A DNA stretch of 62,565 bases from Candidatus Parvarchaeota archaeon (GCA_030615175.1 JAUWZX010000001.1:1-62565), one strand, 5' to 3'; counted from the first letter of the stretch, positions 28,678 through 38,823 are shown. The notes: a model not told the origin generated them from the letters alone. Translations and numbers: made by a program.

Positions 28678-28936
28678 TCATGCAGTCGCAGGCGCATAAT
28701 GGTGAAGTAATCTTATCCAAGTCAGGCGTGCCTGTCTTAAAACCTTCAAAATAGCATAAACAGTCCTTATCCAACTCTGCTAACTGGAATGTCAGGTTAG
28801 CGCAGAAAGAGTTTCGTTCATTAATGACTTCCTGAATGCGCGAGTCATTGACTAATTTAAAGCAAGAGTAAATCATGAATATAATGAAGCAGAACAAGCT
28901 AATCAAGTACAAATTATTCTTAAGTTTGCGCCTCAT
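28616..28936 (-). CDS. Small membrane-anchored Cys-rich protein
   Basis: TM, CLC and CACDC motifs. Confidence 0.6.
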   Translation of the reverse strand: MRRKLKNNLYLISLFCFIIFMIYSCFKLVNDSRIQEVINERNSFCANLTFQLAELDKDCLCYFEGFKTGTPDLDKITSPLCACDCMINGSPIRIGLLSPESSGLPS

Positions 28937-28992
28937 AGAATAAGTGTTGATTAATTATTAATTATTAAAGTTTTTTGGTTCTAAAAAGCTCA

Positions 28993-29038
28993 ACGCAGTC
29001 TTGTGCGTTAAAAAAATAAAAAAAGAAAAAGAAAAAAG
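28993..29038 (-). terminator. Oligo-T terminator and short hairpin downstream of the S-layer gene
   Basis: Plus-strand A tracts (T tracts on minus) at about 29010-29038; AACGCA-N6-TGCGTT inverted repeat at about 28992-29009. Confidence 0.6.
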
Positions 29039-29051
29039 GTTTTCTTTACAT

Positions 29052-31409
29052 TTATACAACAGTAACGTCTGAGTAAGTTGCACCTGCAGTGTTCAATGTT
29101 GAGTTCGTACCAGTTAAGCCCATGTCTACTCCTAAGGCCTGGCTTGCAACTACTTGCGCTGCCAGTCTAGTGTCCTTGCCAGCATAACCAGCAATGACCA
29201 TGGCTGTCTTATTGTTGAACGCGTTCTCAACTAGTTCAACGTAAGCCCTGTCAACCTCGTAATCAGCTGATGCCCTGCTCTTATTCTCGTCTACCAGGCT
29301 CTTAACTAACTGGTTAACTGCTGGTCCGCCAACCAAGATTATTGGCTTAGCTAATGTACTCGTTGTTATCTCAGTGTCAAGTTTTGCCAGTCCAATTGCA
29401 ATCGCGTTCACAGTCTCTGCTGTTCCGCCAGCGCTTGCAAGAGTCACATCCAATCTAGAGCTATACTCTCCGGCTGTTAAATTGTATTGCACTTTGTCTA
29501 CCTTGCCAAGCGATATGTCGCCTATTCTTGGTGCGTCAGGGTATTCAATTATTACCTGCGTTCCGCTAACCCTTGTCAACTTAGTGCCCCAGTCAATCGT
29601 GTAAATAGTGCTGCCTACACTTGCAATAGTGTTAATTAAGTCTGTTGTGTCAACGCCGCTAGCTAGGGCAATGTCTCCGCTAGTCCATGTTATTGTAACT
29701 GTATCAGTGTTATTCTCAGTTAGTGTCAACGTACCGTTCAATGATGAAGGTGATGACTGCCAAAGGCCTTCCGTGACTGCTGTCAAATTGTACACTAAAG
29801 AGTTGTTTATTATTGGCATGTTCACATCTGACGTGAAGTCCATCACTGTCAAGTTAACCTTCCTACTAACGCATCCTGATGCTGCTGCTGCATCTGTATC
29901 CCAAGTTACGTTAGCGAAAACAGTGTACCCTGTGATATTACCGTGCGTGGCATCGATTACGAACGGGGTTCCGTTATCAATCACTAAGTCTGGATGAGGG
30001 TAACTCCACATAACACTGTTTGACAGATTTAACTGGCTGCCGTCGCCAATGCACTCAAGTTTCCACACTCTGTTCTCCAACCAAGTGAATGTTGTCTCAT
30101 TAGTTGCCGTGCTAAAAGTCCTGTCCTGGATTAATCCAAGGTCCACGTAGTGCAGTGAGTCATTCTCGTCAGTGAATGTTACTTCAAAGCCAGTGCCTGT
30201 AGTTGCGCTTGAACCGTCATTAACTGTTACAATTATTGTATCCTTTGTTGTTGAATTAATTTTTAATGCTGCTGTTGTTACTTTAAAGAATCCTCCAAGC
30301 AACTGGAGTTCTGACCCTGCATTAACGTACGTGCCTAATTGGTTGTAATACTTCCATGCAATTGACGAAATTTCATCATTCAAATCTCCAATGTGAATAG
30401 TCCAGTTAGGCCATGTAGAACTCTCTCTTGTAACTGAATCACTGTCAAGTAATTTCAGTGTGCTCGTTGTCCAGTCAATAACCGCGTCAACCGTGCCGTC
30501 AGTAAGTACTTTCAATGTCTTTAAGTTTATTGTAATGCCTAAAGCATCGCTTGAATAACTTCCGCCTTCACTCCAGTACTTATTGTCAACTAAAACAGTG
30601 CCGTCCGCTTCCTTAATTAACATTCTTGCCTGAGGCGTTTCAGTTGCTGCAGTTATTTCAACAGTAACTCCTGAATCACCAATGTCATACGCTGTGTTTA
30701 ATTCTGCAGTAATGCTTTCTAAAGCACCTAAAGTAACGTTCTGCTCATTGCCATCGCTTGTGTAGTTAATAATCTGGTATTCCTGTCCGTCTGGGAATGG
30801 AATTCCCTTAGTGGCATTGCCTACTCCCTTATTACCTGTTGTTCCTAAATCACTGTTAAAGGTTAGGTTGTATATAATAGCCCCAGGGCCAATGTAAACC
30901 CTGCCATCCTCTTTCTGGTAAAGACCGCTTCCTGTAACTGATAATTTACCTGTTACATTGGCAAATTCGTCGTTAGTTGAGTTAGTAACAGTCTTGTTAG
31001 CAATCCATGAAAAACCAGTGCTGGTACTTATCCATTCCTGTGCCTCGTTGCCTGCTCCAATTGCAGAATAAGAGTTATTCAAATGTCCTGCTGTTGTGTT
31101 TCTCTCTAACACTGCTGTACCGCTTGTTGCTGATGTGGTTTTTGCCTGCTGGGCAAACGCTGCTGCAACCTCTATTGCTCCGGCAATGTCCTTAGCCATT
31201 CCAGCTGAGTTCTCGCACGTTATTGCCGTATTCCAAGTGCATGTACCTACTGCTATGTAAGTATCGAATTCTCCTTCTGTAATGAAAGTACTTGTCAAAG
31301 CTGATAAATCGGCTGTTGCTAATGCCCCGCTAATGGGCATCATTGTCATCAATGCTGCTGATGCTACTGCTGTAATCTTCTTTACAAATTTTTTTGTTTC
31401 AAATTTCAT
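29052..31409 (-). CDS. S-layer protein
   Basis: Signal peptide (start ATG 31409 after GGTGA), ADLS..., IILVGGPAVNQLV, VIAGYAGKDTRLAA; Thr/Asn-rich with many sequons. Confidence 0.88.
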   Translation of the reverse strand: MKFETKKFVKKITAVASAALMTMMPISGALATADLSALTSTFITEGEFDTYIAVGTCTWNTAITCENSAGMAKDIAGAIEVAAAFAQQAKTTSATSGTAVLERNTTAGHLNNSYSAIGAGNEAQEWISTSTGFSWIANKTVTNSTNDEFANVTGKLSVTGSGLYQKEDGRVYIGPGAIIYNLTFNSDLGTTGNKGVGNATKGIPFPDGQEYQIINYTSDGNEQNVTLGALESITAELNTAYDIGDSGVTVEITAATETPQARMLIKEADGTVLVDNKYWSEGGSYSSDALGITINLKTLKVLTDGTVDAVIDWTTSTLKLLDSDSVTRESSTWPNWTIHIGDLNDEISSIAWKYYNQLGTYVNAGSELQLLGGFFKVTTAALKINSTTKDTIIVTVNDGSSATTGTGFEVTFTDENDSLHYVDLGLIQDRTFSTATNETTFTWLENRVWKLECIGDGSQLNLSNSVMWSYPHPDLVIDNGTPFVIDATHGNITGYTVFANVTWDTDAAAASGCVSRKVNLTVMDFTSDVNMPIINNSLVYNLTAVTEGLWQSSPSSLNGTLTLTENNTDTVTITWTSGDIALASGVDTTDLINTIASVGSTIYTIDWGTKLTRVSGTQVIIEYPDAPRIGDISLGKVDKVQYNLTAGEYSSRLDVTLASAGGTAETVNAIAIGLAKLDTEITTSTLAKPIILVGGPAVNQLVKSLVDENKSRASADYEVDRAYVELVENAFNNKTAMVIAGYAGKDTRLAAQVVASQALGVDMGLTGTNSTLNTAGATYSDVTVV

Positions 31410-31475
31410 AATAAATTCACCCGACCTCCTCCGGAGGGGTATTAATAAGACTAAAATTATCAATATATATAAATG
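31410..31475 (-). promoter_or_regulatory. S-layer promoter and structured 5' leader
   Basis: TTTATATA at about 31473-31466; leader ACCCCTCCGGAGGAGGTCGGGTGAATTTATT-ATG with GC hairpin and SD GGTGA. Confidence 0.7.
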
Positions 31476-31612
31476 TTATGGTAAAGAAAGCCTAAAAAAA
31501 GCGTTTTTCCTGTTAAAAATTTCTTATGGAGCTTAAAAACTTTAAAAACCCGCAAAACAAGGTTATTCTTTTTAAAAATCAAAAAATAAGTGTTTTCACT
31601 ACTATCTTGTGA

Positions 31613-31999
31613 TTAATTTACTTTCTTTTTGAGCAAAATGTTTTCAACAGTTAATCTTTCAATAATTCTTGACATATCATGCAGTTTACCAACAAGGTCT
31701 GATAATGTATTTTGTATTTCAATGCTCTTAATAATTATTTCATCAGGTTCAAGTATCTCAATAAACGTTGGACCAAAATCAAGAATGCATGAAAACAAGT
31801 CTTCAAAATTATTAAATCTCACCTCAACCTCTAAGACAGTTGAAAACATTTCAGAGTTCTTAACTTTTTTAGGCTTCATTACCTCCTTATACAGCACTTT
31901 ATACCGTTCATTAATGGTTAAAACAACGTTTTCAAGTGTCTTTAACAAAATCTCCTTGGGTTTGCCCAAAACCTCAATCATTAACCTTGCTTCAATCAA
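31613..31999 (-). CDS. Conserved archaeal hypothetical protein
   Basis: IEVLGKPKE, FS..LEVEV, DFGP..IEILEP pattern. Confidence 0.75.
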   Translation of the reverse strand: MIEARLMIEVLGKPKEILLKTLENVVLTINERYKVLYKEVMKPKKVKNSEMFSTVLEVEVRFNNFEDLFSCILDFGPTFIEILEPDEIIIKSIEIQNTLSDLVGKLHDMSRIIERLTVENILLKKKVN

Positions 32000-32002
32000 T
32001 GC

Positions 32003-33226
32003 TCAAAACCGCCTTATCAATAAACCAAATCCAATTATGGATACAGTGATAACAATCAAATATAAAATCGTTTCCATATTCACGCCAAGCTCCTCCTGCT
32101 TAAAAGCGTAAGCACCAGTAACCATGCTTTTCGAATCACTAACTTGACTTTCGACACTTGCTGGTGACGAATCCTCAATATTTTCTGTTTTTGTTTTTGT
32201 CATTCTTGTTTCATTGAGGTATTGTTTGAAACTAAATTCCTTGGCATCTATCAGGAAACCATTATCAAATAAGTAAGCATAGACATTTTGGTCTATGTTG
32301 CTTAATTCCTGTTTTACTTCAAATGAATGCCTTGGTTTTATTATTACATCATGCCTTGCTGAGTCATTGCTTGTTACAATTATTAAACTCGCATTGCCTT
32401 CTGCTTCTCCAGTATTGGATACAGTCAATCTTACTGAACTATTTAACTGCGCCACAGGACTCAAAATTAGTCTGGACTCATTTTTCTTTAACACAATAAT
32501 CCGCCTCTTAACATCATAGTACTCGCCGTCAGCATACCGAACCATTACCTTAAAATCAAACACTCCTGTCACATTTATCCTATTAATTAATTCAAACCCT
32601 GCAGTCTCCATGGACTGCAACTCTGCCTGAACCTTATTTGCAAGCCATGAACCCTCACTTACACACTTGCTTTTATTGTAAGCGTACGAGTAAGCAGTTA
32701 CATTAATTGAATAGTCCTTATTATTCGTTATTTTAACTGTTGAAGTAAAAGGTTCTGACTGATTAACTCTCTCCAGTATCCCTGATTCAACACTTACTGC
32801 TGGCAGCGTGCTGTTAACGATTATGACAGAGGGCTCATTATTATTAATTAAAAGGAACTGGTTGCCCTTATCACAGTCCCTGTAATAACTGCTGTTATAA
32901 GCTAAGCGCAAGCAAATACGGTAAAACCCTGAATCAGTGTCATTTAATCTTAAAATAATAGGGGAAATATCTTCCGGGTTCACTTCAAAATAATCCATTA
33001 ATACCTTATCAATTGTGTAATCAAAACCATTTTCTTCAGCATCATACTCGTTTAAGTAAACCTTAACCCGCGCATCGCTCTTAACAGTCTCGTTTAATAA
33101 GTAACTAATCACTATCTCTGTATTACTGTCACCTTTATGAGGCGTTACTTCCCCCTCTATTGTCCAGGCAAATGCAGTGCTTAACAAGCTAGCTGAAATA
33201 AGTGTTAGCGCGAGCAGTTTCATCAT
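32003..33226 (-). CDS. Secreted/surface protein with C-terminal TM anchor (Ig-like beta domains)
   Basis: Signal peptide, beta-rich, VTGA motif before C-terminal TM. Confidence 0.7.
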   Translation of the reverse strand: MMKLLALTLISASLLSTAFAWTIEGEVTPHKGDSNTEIVISYLLNETVKSDARVKVYLNEYDAEENGFDYTIDKVLMDYFEVNPEDISPIILRLNDTDSGFYRICLRLAYNSSYYRDCDKGNQFLLINNNEPSVIIVNSTLPAVSVESGILERVNQSEPFTSTVKITNNKDYSINVTAYSYAYNKSKCVSEGSWLANKVQAELQSMETAGFELINRINVTGVFDFKVMVRYADGEYYDVKRRIIVLKKNESRLILSPVAQLNSSVRLTVSNTGEAEGNASLIIVTSNDSARHDVIIKPRHSFEVKQELSNIDQNVYAYLFDNGFLIDAKEFSFKQYLNETRMTKTKTENIEDSSPASVESQVSDSKSMVTGAYAFKQEELGVNMETILYLIVITVSIIGFGLLIRRF

Positions 33227-34232
33227 GAATTTTTCCAGTGATTGGGATTTCTCGTCTGCAACTAGGGCATGACTTACCCTTTAAAAATGACTTAATGAAC
33301 ATTAACCAGCGCCTCTGAATTAATAATTCACTGCACTCCGGGCAGTAAGTATTATCCCTGCCTGTTTCAATATTGCCAACGTAAACGTACTCCATTCCCT
33401 CCTCCTTTGCAACATCACAGCATTTAAGAAGCGTTTCTTTAGGTGTTTGAGGCACATTACTCATCCGGTACAAAGGAGAGAACCTTATAAAGTGAATTGG
33501 CGTCCCAGCCCCTAACCACTTCTTAACATACTTAACTAAACCTCTTACCTCGCTTAAGTCATCATTTAAGCCCGGCACCACGAGGTTTGTTACCTCCTTG
33601 TGCACGTGCTCGTACTTGCTGTAATACTTAACCCCATTCTTAGTGAATGACAGTGGAGCGTGAACATACTTATTATTAAACTCCTCGCTAAAACCCTTAA
33701 AGTCAATAACAACAGCATCCAAGCAATCATGAACCTCCTCCAAGGCACTCTGAGTTATTGAACCATTAGACACCATGACATTGAACAACCCCTCCTTCCT
33801 TGCGAGTTTCATCACGTCATAAGCGTATTCAAGGAATATTGTTGGCTCATTATAAGTGTAAGCAATGCCCTGACAATTAGCCGCCAATGCTCCAGTCACT
33901 ACTTCCTGCGGAGTGATTTCTACTGTCTCCCTATCAGGCGCTGACTGGCTGAATGCCCAGTTGCAACAATAATCACATCTAAAATTACATCCGAGCGTTC
34001 CGAAACTATAAGCCCATGAACCAGGATTAAAGTGGTAGAATGGCTTCTTCTCTATCGGGTCTGCCTGAAACCCTGTCTGACTGCCGTAAACAAGCGAATA
34101 TAATTCTCCTTTAATATTCTCCCTTGTCCTGCAAAACCCCCTCTCACCTTCCTTTATCATGCAGTTCCACTGGCAGAGCGTGCACTTAACAGCATTACCT
34201 TTTAACTTCTTGTAAAACAATGCTTTTTTCAC
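33189..34232 (-). CDS. amrS: AmmeMemoRadiSam system radical SAM enzyme
   Basis: DPIEKKPFYHF.PG, GCNFRCDYCCNW, AYTYNEPTI, YVYVGN, TYCPEC. Confidence 0.9.
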   Translation of the reverse strand: MKKALFYKKLKGNAVKCTLCQWNCMIKEGERGFCRTRENIKGELYSLVYGSQTGFQADPIEKKPFYHFNPGSWAYSFGTLGCNFRCDYCCNWAFSQSAPDRETVEITPQEVVTGALAANCQGIAYTYNEPTIFLEYAYDVMKLARKEGLFNVMVSNGSITQSALEEVHDCLDAVVIDFKGFSEEFNNKYVHAPLSFTKNGVKYYSKYEHVHKEVTNLVVPGLNDDLSEVRGLVKYVKKWLGAGTPIHFIRFSPLYRMSNVPQTPKETLLKCCDVAKEEGMEYVYVGNIETGRDNTYCPECSELLIQRRWLMFIKSFLKGKSCPSCRREIPITGKIHDETARANTYFS

Positions 34233-34315
34233 AACAATTTTTTTTTAAGAGTTATTATAATAAATAAGTGTTGCCCTTAAAAAAAATTAAAAATGAAGAA
34301 GAAAAAGTAAAAGTT

Positions 34316-34810
34316 TTATTCCCACTTACCGTTGCATGTTGCTGTGTCCGAATGTCCTGGGATTCCTCCAACAACATCATAAGTTATTGTCAATGTTGCC
34401 CCGCTGTACGCGTCTCCAACGCTTTGCCCGCTTAATGAACCACCAGTTGCATTTATTGTAGCTTGACCATTTGCTATTATCTCAACTTCCCCTGAACCGC
34501 AGCCTCCCTGAGTGCCGACTAAACCTGTTGGGGTTACTATAGTAGTTCCATCCCTCAATGTTAATGTAACAGCTGTTACGCAAACCTTGTCCTTGGCACT
34601 GCCTAATTGCGCAACAATTGGGTCTCCATCATTTGCAAATAAGTGGTCTACATATGAAAGCGCGCTGAATCCTAGACAACCTTTACCTGCCGCAAATATT
34701 TGCGGGCTGAAGAATCCCAGCGCAAATAATGCTGCTCCAACGATAACTATGGCCATTATTGCCCAGCCATAAGTCATTAAAAATTCCAGTGCTGCTTGAC
34801 CTCTTTTCAT
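34316..34810 (-). CDS. Probable major type IV pilin
   Basis: MKRGQ/AALEFLMTYGWAI class III signal; own TATA-like upstream and T-tract downstream. Confidence 0.88.
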   Translation of the reverse strand: MKRGQAALEFLMTYGWAIMAIVIVGAALFALGFFSPQIFAAGKGCLGFSALSYVDHLFANDGDPIVAQLGSAKDKVCVTAVTLTLRDGTTIVTPTGLVGTQGGCGSGEVEIIANGQATINATGGSLSGQSVGDAYSGATLTITYDVVGGIPGHSDTATCNGKWE

Positions 34811-34858
34811 TTTGTATCAATATTATATTAATTCCTAAGGATATAAAAAAGTATTCCT

Positions 34859-35848
34859 TTATATCGAAATTGTTGTAAAAATTGATTTTACAAGAAAACT
34901 TGCAAAATTAAAAACAATTATTCCTAAGATAAGCAGTATTGGAATGTACTTTATCCCTTTTTTCTCCTCTCCTTTCTCAATTAAACCTATTATTAATGAA
35001 CCAAAAAAACTTGTTATTGCAATTGACGCTAATGCAAAGTAAGTTAAGAACTCTGAAGAAACCTGGCCAGCACTTAACTGTAAAAAAGGCACTCCCGCCC
35101 CGGCGAGTTCAGGAACTTCAATAACTCCTACTTCTCCAATCATGTCAACCAAGAATATTGAAATAGCGAAAAGCATTGGAGCAACAACTCCTGCTGCAAT
35201 GAAAATGAATATAACATACATCATGACGTTTGCCCTTATCTCTGCTTTCACGAGTTCTGTATGCTTCAAGTCCTCTGCAATCCCCTGTAATAATGTTGCA
35301 AGCTCGCCTCCTGCTTTTGAACCTTCAATTATTAAGGAAAAAGTTCTTGACAGGACTTCTGAATTAACTCTTTGCTCCATATTCTTTAAGGCTCCTTCAA
35401 AGGATTTGCCTGACATTATTTCATTGCTTGTTATATCCATCTCATCCTTTAAAGGGCCGAATTCCTTTCTGGCAGAGACGAGCATGGCTTGGGATGGGAT
35501 TACTCCTGACTTTATGTTTGAAGCCATTAAGGTTAAGGCGCTTGGAAGCATTTGCTCAATAAACCTTACCCTCTTATCAACTACAAGAACCAATGAAACA
35601 TAAGAAACAATGTTTATTCCAATTAAAATAAAAACGGACAGTATGATTGCTAAGTAAAAATCTAAATTAAATAATATACCATCAATCAGTACTCCAATTG
35701 ATAAAAAAATTGAGAATAAAAAGAAGAATCCAACCCACTTCTCAGGGTTTACTTCTATGCCAGAACTCATTAATAATCTCTTAATATGCTTAATGTACTT
35801 CTTGGGCAGAAGCTCTGCCGCCCTCTCGTATGCTTTAAAACTCATCAT
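34859..35848 (-). CDS. Type IV pilus/T2SS-F platform membrane protein (TadC-like)
   Basis: LP.AL.LMASNIKSG, EFGPL, GGELA.LL; TM helices. Confidence 0.88.
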   Translation of the reverse strand: MMSFKAYERAAELLPKKYIKHIKRLLMSSGIEVNPEKWVGFFFLFSIFLSIGVLIDGILFNLDFYLAIILSVFILIGINIVSYVSLVLVVDKRVRFIEQMLPSALTLMASNIKSGVIPSQAMLVSARKEFGPLKDEMDITSNEIMSGKSFEGALKNMEQRVNSEVLSRTFSLIIEGSKAGGELATLLQGIAEDLKHTELVKAEIRANVMMYVIFIFIAAGVVAPMLFAISIFLVDMIGEVGVIEVPELAGAGVPFLQLSAGQVSSEFLTYFALASIAITSFFGSLIIGLIEKGEEKKGIKYIPILLILGIIVFNFASFLVKSIFTTISI

Positions 35849-36780
35849 CTTATCAATGAAGGCCTCCTTGTTTTTATGACCCCGATGAAGAAGAATTGGA
35901 ATAATGCTAATAAAACTAGGATTACGTAAAATATTTCCTGCGATATCTTAACTTTCAGAAATGATGAGAGAATGATTAAAAAAGTTATTCCAAGAGTTGG
36001 AATTATAACTGAAAGCATCATGTAAACAAGGGCTAATGGATTTAATTCAGCGCCGTAACTCTTTATTTCAACCATTTGCTCTCTTGAAAGGTTTTCAATA
36101 GAGGCTTCCAGTGTTCTTGAAATGTCAGCTCCTGTCTTCATGCTGCTAACCATTTGCCATATCGCCTCCCTGAAGTAGCCTGAACCGCTTCTTAAAGCCA
36201 TTTCCTCTAAAGCAGCGTCTATCGTCTTGCCTGCTTCAATTTCCTTAACAGCTTTTTTAAATTCTTCCGAAATCATGCCATAATTTGAACTTGAAATCCC
36301 AACCATAGAGTTATATAATGGAATGCCTGACTTTGACCTTATTAGTAATTCCCTTAGAGCATACAATAAGTCCTTTTCAACTTCCTTTTCCTTTTTTAAA
36401 GCAATGCTTTTCGGGTACGAGATTGCTATGAAGCACGTGAAGCCTGATAAACCAAATGAGCCGGCAGTTATAAAAGTTAAATTCATCAGGGTAAGCAGGT
36501 CCCCTATTATTAAGATAAAGAAAAATATTGTAAAGAACAGGAAGAAATTAACAAGCGTGTTTAAAATAATGACTGCAAGGTATTCATCATCCTCGTAAGG
36601 GAGGTCTGACTGCATCAAGTTTAATTTTAAGTCAGGGAGGAAGCATGAGAATATTCTTGCAACTCCATAAAACCTTTTCGCTAACTTCTTTGACGCTTTC
36701 AGTGGCAGCGTGGTGAATGGAATTTTCTTCTGGGAAGACTTTTTCCTGGCGCCCCAAGAACTCGTTCTTGCAGGCTTCAT
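35845..36780 (-). CDS. Type IV pilus/T2SS-F platform membrane protein (TadB-like)
   Basis: SGIPLYNSM, YG.ISEEF, TGADIS, Y...LNP. Confidence 0.88.
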   Translation of the reverse strand: MKPARTSSWGARKKSSQKKIPFTTLPLKASKKLAKRFYGVARIFSCFLPDLKLNLMQSDLPYEDDEYLAVIILNTLVNFFLFFTIFFFILIIGDLLTLMNLTFITAGSFGLSGFTCFIAISYPKSIALKKEKEVEKDLLYALRELLIRSKSGIPLYNSMVGISSSNYGMISEEFKKAVKEIEAGKTIDAALEEMALRSGSGYFREAIWQMVSSMKTGADISRTLEASIENLSREQMVEIKSYGAELNPLALVYMMLSVIIPTLGITFLIILSSFLKVKISQEIFYVILVLLALFQFFFIGVIKTRRPSLIR

Positions 36781-38447
36781 TCTTCTAACTCCTTTACTAA
36801 GTCCCCGAGAAGCGCTTTTGGTTTTTCCTTTTCATTCACAACTTTTAAGACAAACTTCGGGTCAGAGTAATAACTGCTTATGACTTTTCCAACAGTGTTA
36901 ACCGTGTTTATTTTATTCTCGCACACCCATTCAAGGATTTTTTCTTTCTCAGCTAAGTCCTTTAACACTTCATTCCTTGACATGCCTGCATGCATTAATA
37001 AATCATTAATTAATCTTACACTCTTGCCTATTTTTTCAATTTTATCTGATCTTGGATTCCACCTGTACAAGATATTTGCTCTTAATTTTTCATTATCTGA
37101 TTTTGGATGGATGACTTCAGCAACTTCGAAAACTCTTCTAATCCCAAGCCTTCTGTGCCTAAATAAGACAATTATTAATGGCAAGGCTTCAATCATTGTT
37201 GCTGGTAAATTAATTGGCGGGGTTATCATTCTCTTTATTGTCTGGTCTGCCGTGTCCGCGTGCAGCGTGGCGTAAACAGAGTGCCCTGTATGAAGTGCTT
37301 CAAATAATACTTCTGCTTCTCTTTGCCTTCTAATCTCGCCAACTATTAACCTGTCAGGCCTCATTCTTAAAGAGTTCACTAATAAGTCAAGCATTGAAAT
37401 CTCTCCCTCACCTTCAGGGTTCGGGGCGCGGGTTACCATTGGAATCCAGTGCTGGAAGTCCGCGAGCATTATCTCCCGCGTATCCTCTATTGATATTATC
37501 CTATGATTTGACGGGATGAATGGCAGGCAACAGCCAAGCATTGAAGTCTTGCCTGATGCAGTGCCGCCTGAAAATAATGTGCTGATTTCATACTGGAATG
37601 ACAGCCACAGCAACGCAACTATTTCTGGGTTAAATGTCTTGTTAAAGATGAAGTCCGTGATTGTCCAGGGCTTTCTTCTGAATTTTCTTATGGTTATCGT
37701 GTTCCCTTTTGTTGATATTGGGAATAGTGTTGCATTCACCCTGTCTCCTGTTATTAAGTGAGCATCCATTAGCGGGTTTAAGTTCGTGATTGTTCTACCA
37801 ACTTTTCTTCCTATAAATCTTGAGTAATGGTATATTTGCGTTTCATCGTCAAGAACAACGTTTGTTTTTAACCAGCCATGCTTTTTATGGTAAACCCATA
37901 CTGGTTCTAACACATTATTAATCACGACTTCTTCCAAGTTATCATCGCCGAGTAATATTTCAATTGTGCCAATGCCAATTACTTCATGAAGCAGGAATCC
38001 TGTTAGAATATCTGCTTTACCTTCACTTACGCGTGGCAGTTCAGTTTTCAGTAATTCCTTTATTTTCTTGGCAAACTTCTTCTTTAATAGTATTTCTGAT
38101 TTTATGTCAAGCGCTTCAGTTGGCTTTATCACTATCTCGCGCGCGAGTTCTTTTTTTATTGATTCAAGAACTGCTTTTGTTCCTGGCTCTACTTTAGGCA
38201 GTTTTACAGCGTATATGTAAACAAATTCTTTAGGATCCGAAATTATGCTTACTCTTGCAGGGATTTTGTCTACCATTATTCCGTATGTTTCAATTACGCG
38301 TTTAATTCTGTCAAAGCGCGCAGGAAGGGTTCTGATTCTTGCAGGTTTTCGTTTTGGTGCCTTAAGAGATTTGCTCTTAGCGCCAAGACCGCGTTTTGCT
38401 GGTTTCCGTTTTGGTGCTTTGAGAGTTTTACTCTTATTTCTCTTCAT
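36777..38447 (-). CDS. Type IV pilus assembly ATPase (VirB11/TadA/FlaI family)
   Basis: GGTASGKTS, SIEDTRE, LRMRPDRLIVGEIR, TGHSVYATLHA. Confidence 0.93.
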   Translation of the reverse strand: MKRNKSKTLKAPKRKPAKRGLGAKSKSLKAPKRKPARIRTLPARFDRIKRVIETYGIMVDKIPARVSIISDPKEFVYIYAVKLPKVEPGTKAVLESIKKELAREIVIKPTEALDIKSEILLKKKFAKKIKELLKTELPRVSEGKADILTGFLLHEVIGIGTIEILLGDDNLEEVVINNVLEPVWVYHKKHGWLKTNVVLDDETQIYHYSRFIGRKVGRTITNLNPLMDAHLITGDRVNATLFPISTKGNTITIRKFRRKPWTITDFIFNKTFNPEIVALLWLSFQYEISTLFSGGTASGKTSMLGCCLPFIPSNHRIISIEDTREIMLADFQHWIPMVTRAPNPEGEGEISMLDLLVNSLRMRPDRLIVGEIRRQREAEVLFEALHTGHSVYATLHADTADQTIKRMITPPINLPATMIEALPLIIVLFRHRRLGIRRVFEVAEVIHPKSDNEKLRANILYRWNPRSDKIEKIGKSVRLINDLLMHAGMSRNEVLKDLAEKEKILEWVCENKINTVNTVGKVISSYYSDPKFVLKVVNEKEKPKALLGDLVKELEE

Positions 38448-38823
38448 GCAGTCTCCTCAAATATGGTTTTTTAAACGGGTTTTCAGGATAAACTAACTCA
38501 ACCAATCCCTGTTCTTCAAGCAGTCTGCCCCAGTCCTCAATTTTTTCCGATTCTTGTTTTAGTTTCCTGGCAATTTCATCAATAGAAACCTCTTTCCTAG
38601 TACCAACTATCTCCAGTAATTCATCAATCTGCGTTGTTAGTTTTTCTGCCGGCTTTGGACTTTTTTTAATAATCTTCCCCAGCTTCGCTCCCTTCTTCCT
38701 AATTATTTTCTTCAGCTTCGCGCGTCTCGTAAGACTGGGTTTTTTTTCAGGTTTCTTCTTCCTTCTTAAAAGAATATTAAAAGCATTAATTATTTTACAA
38801 AAAAAAACATTCCTCTTCTTCAT
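38434..38823 (-). CDS. Basic hypothetical protein with C-terminal winged-helix-like region
   Basis: TQIDELL..V...VSIDEIARKL...IEDW..LLEEQGLVEL.YP. Confidence 0.7.
   Translation of the reverse strand: MKKRNVFFCKIINAFNILLRRKKKPEKKPSLTRRAKLKKIIRKKGAKLGKIIKKSPKPAEKLTTQIDELLEIVGTRKEVSIDEIARKLKQESEKIEDWGRLLEEQGLVELVYPENPFKKPYLRRLHEEK

Noticed and set aside
29010..29038. Long A-rich tract as a simple repeat or phase-variation site
   Set aside because: Position just downstream of the S-layer stop fits an ordinary oligo-T terminator
31410..31463. ORF-track start of the S-layer gene at 31463
   Set aside because: Falls beside the TATA box; ATG 31409 follows GGTGA and starts a signal peptide
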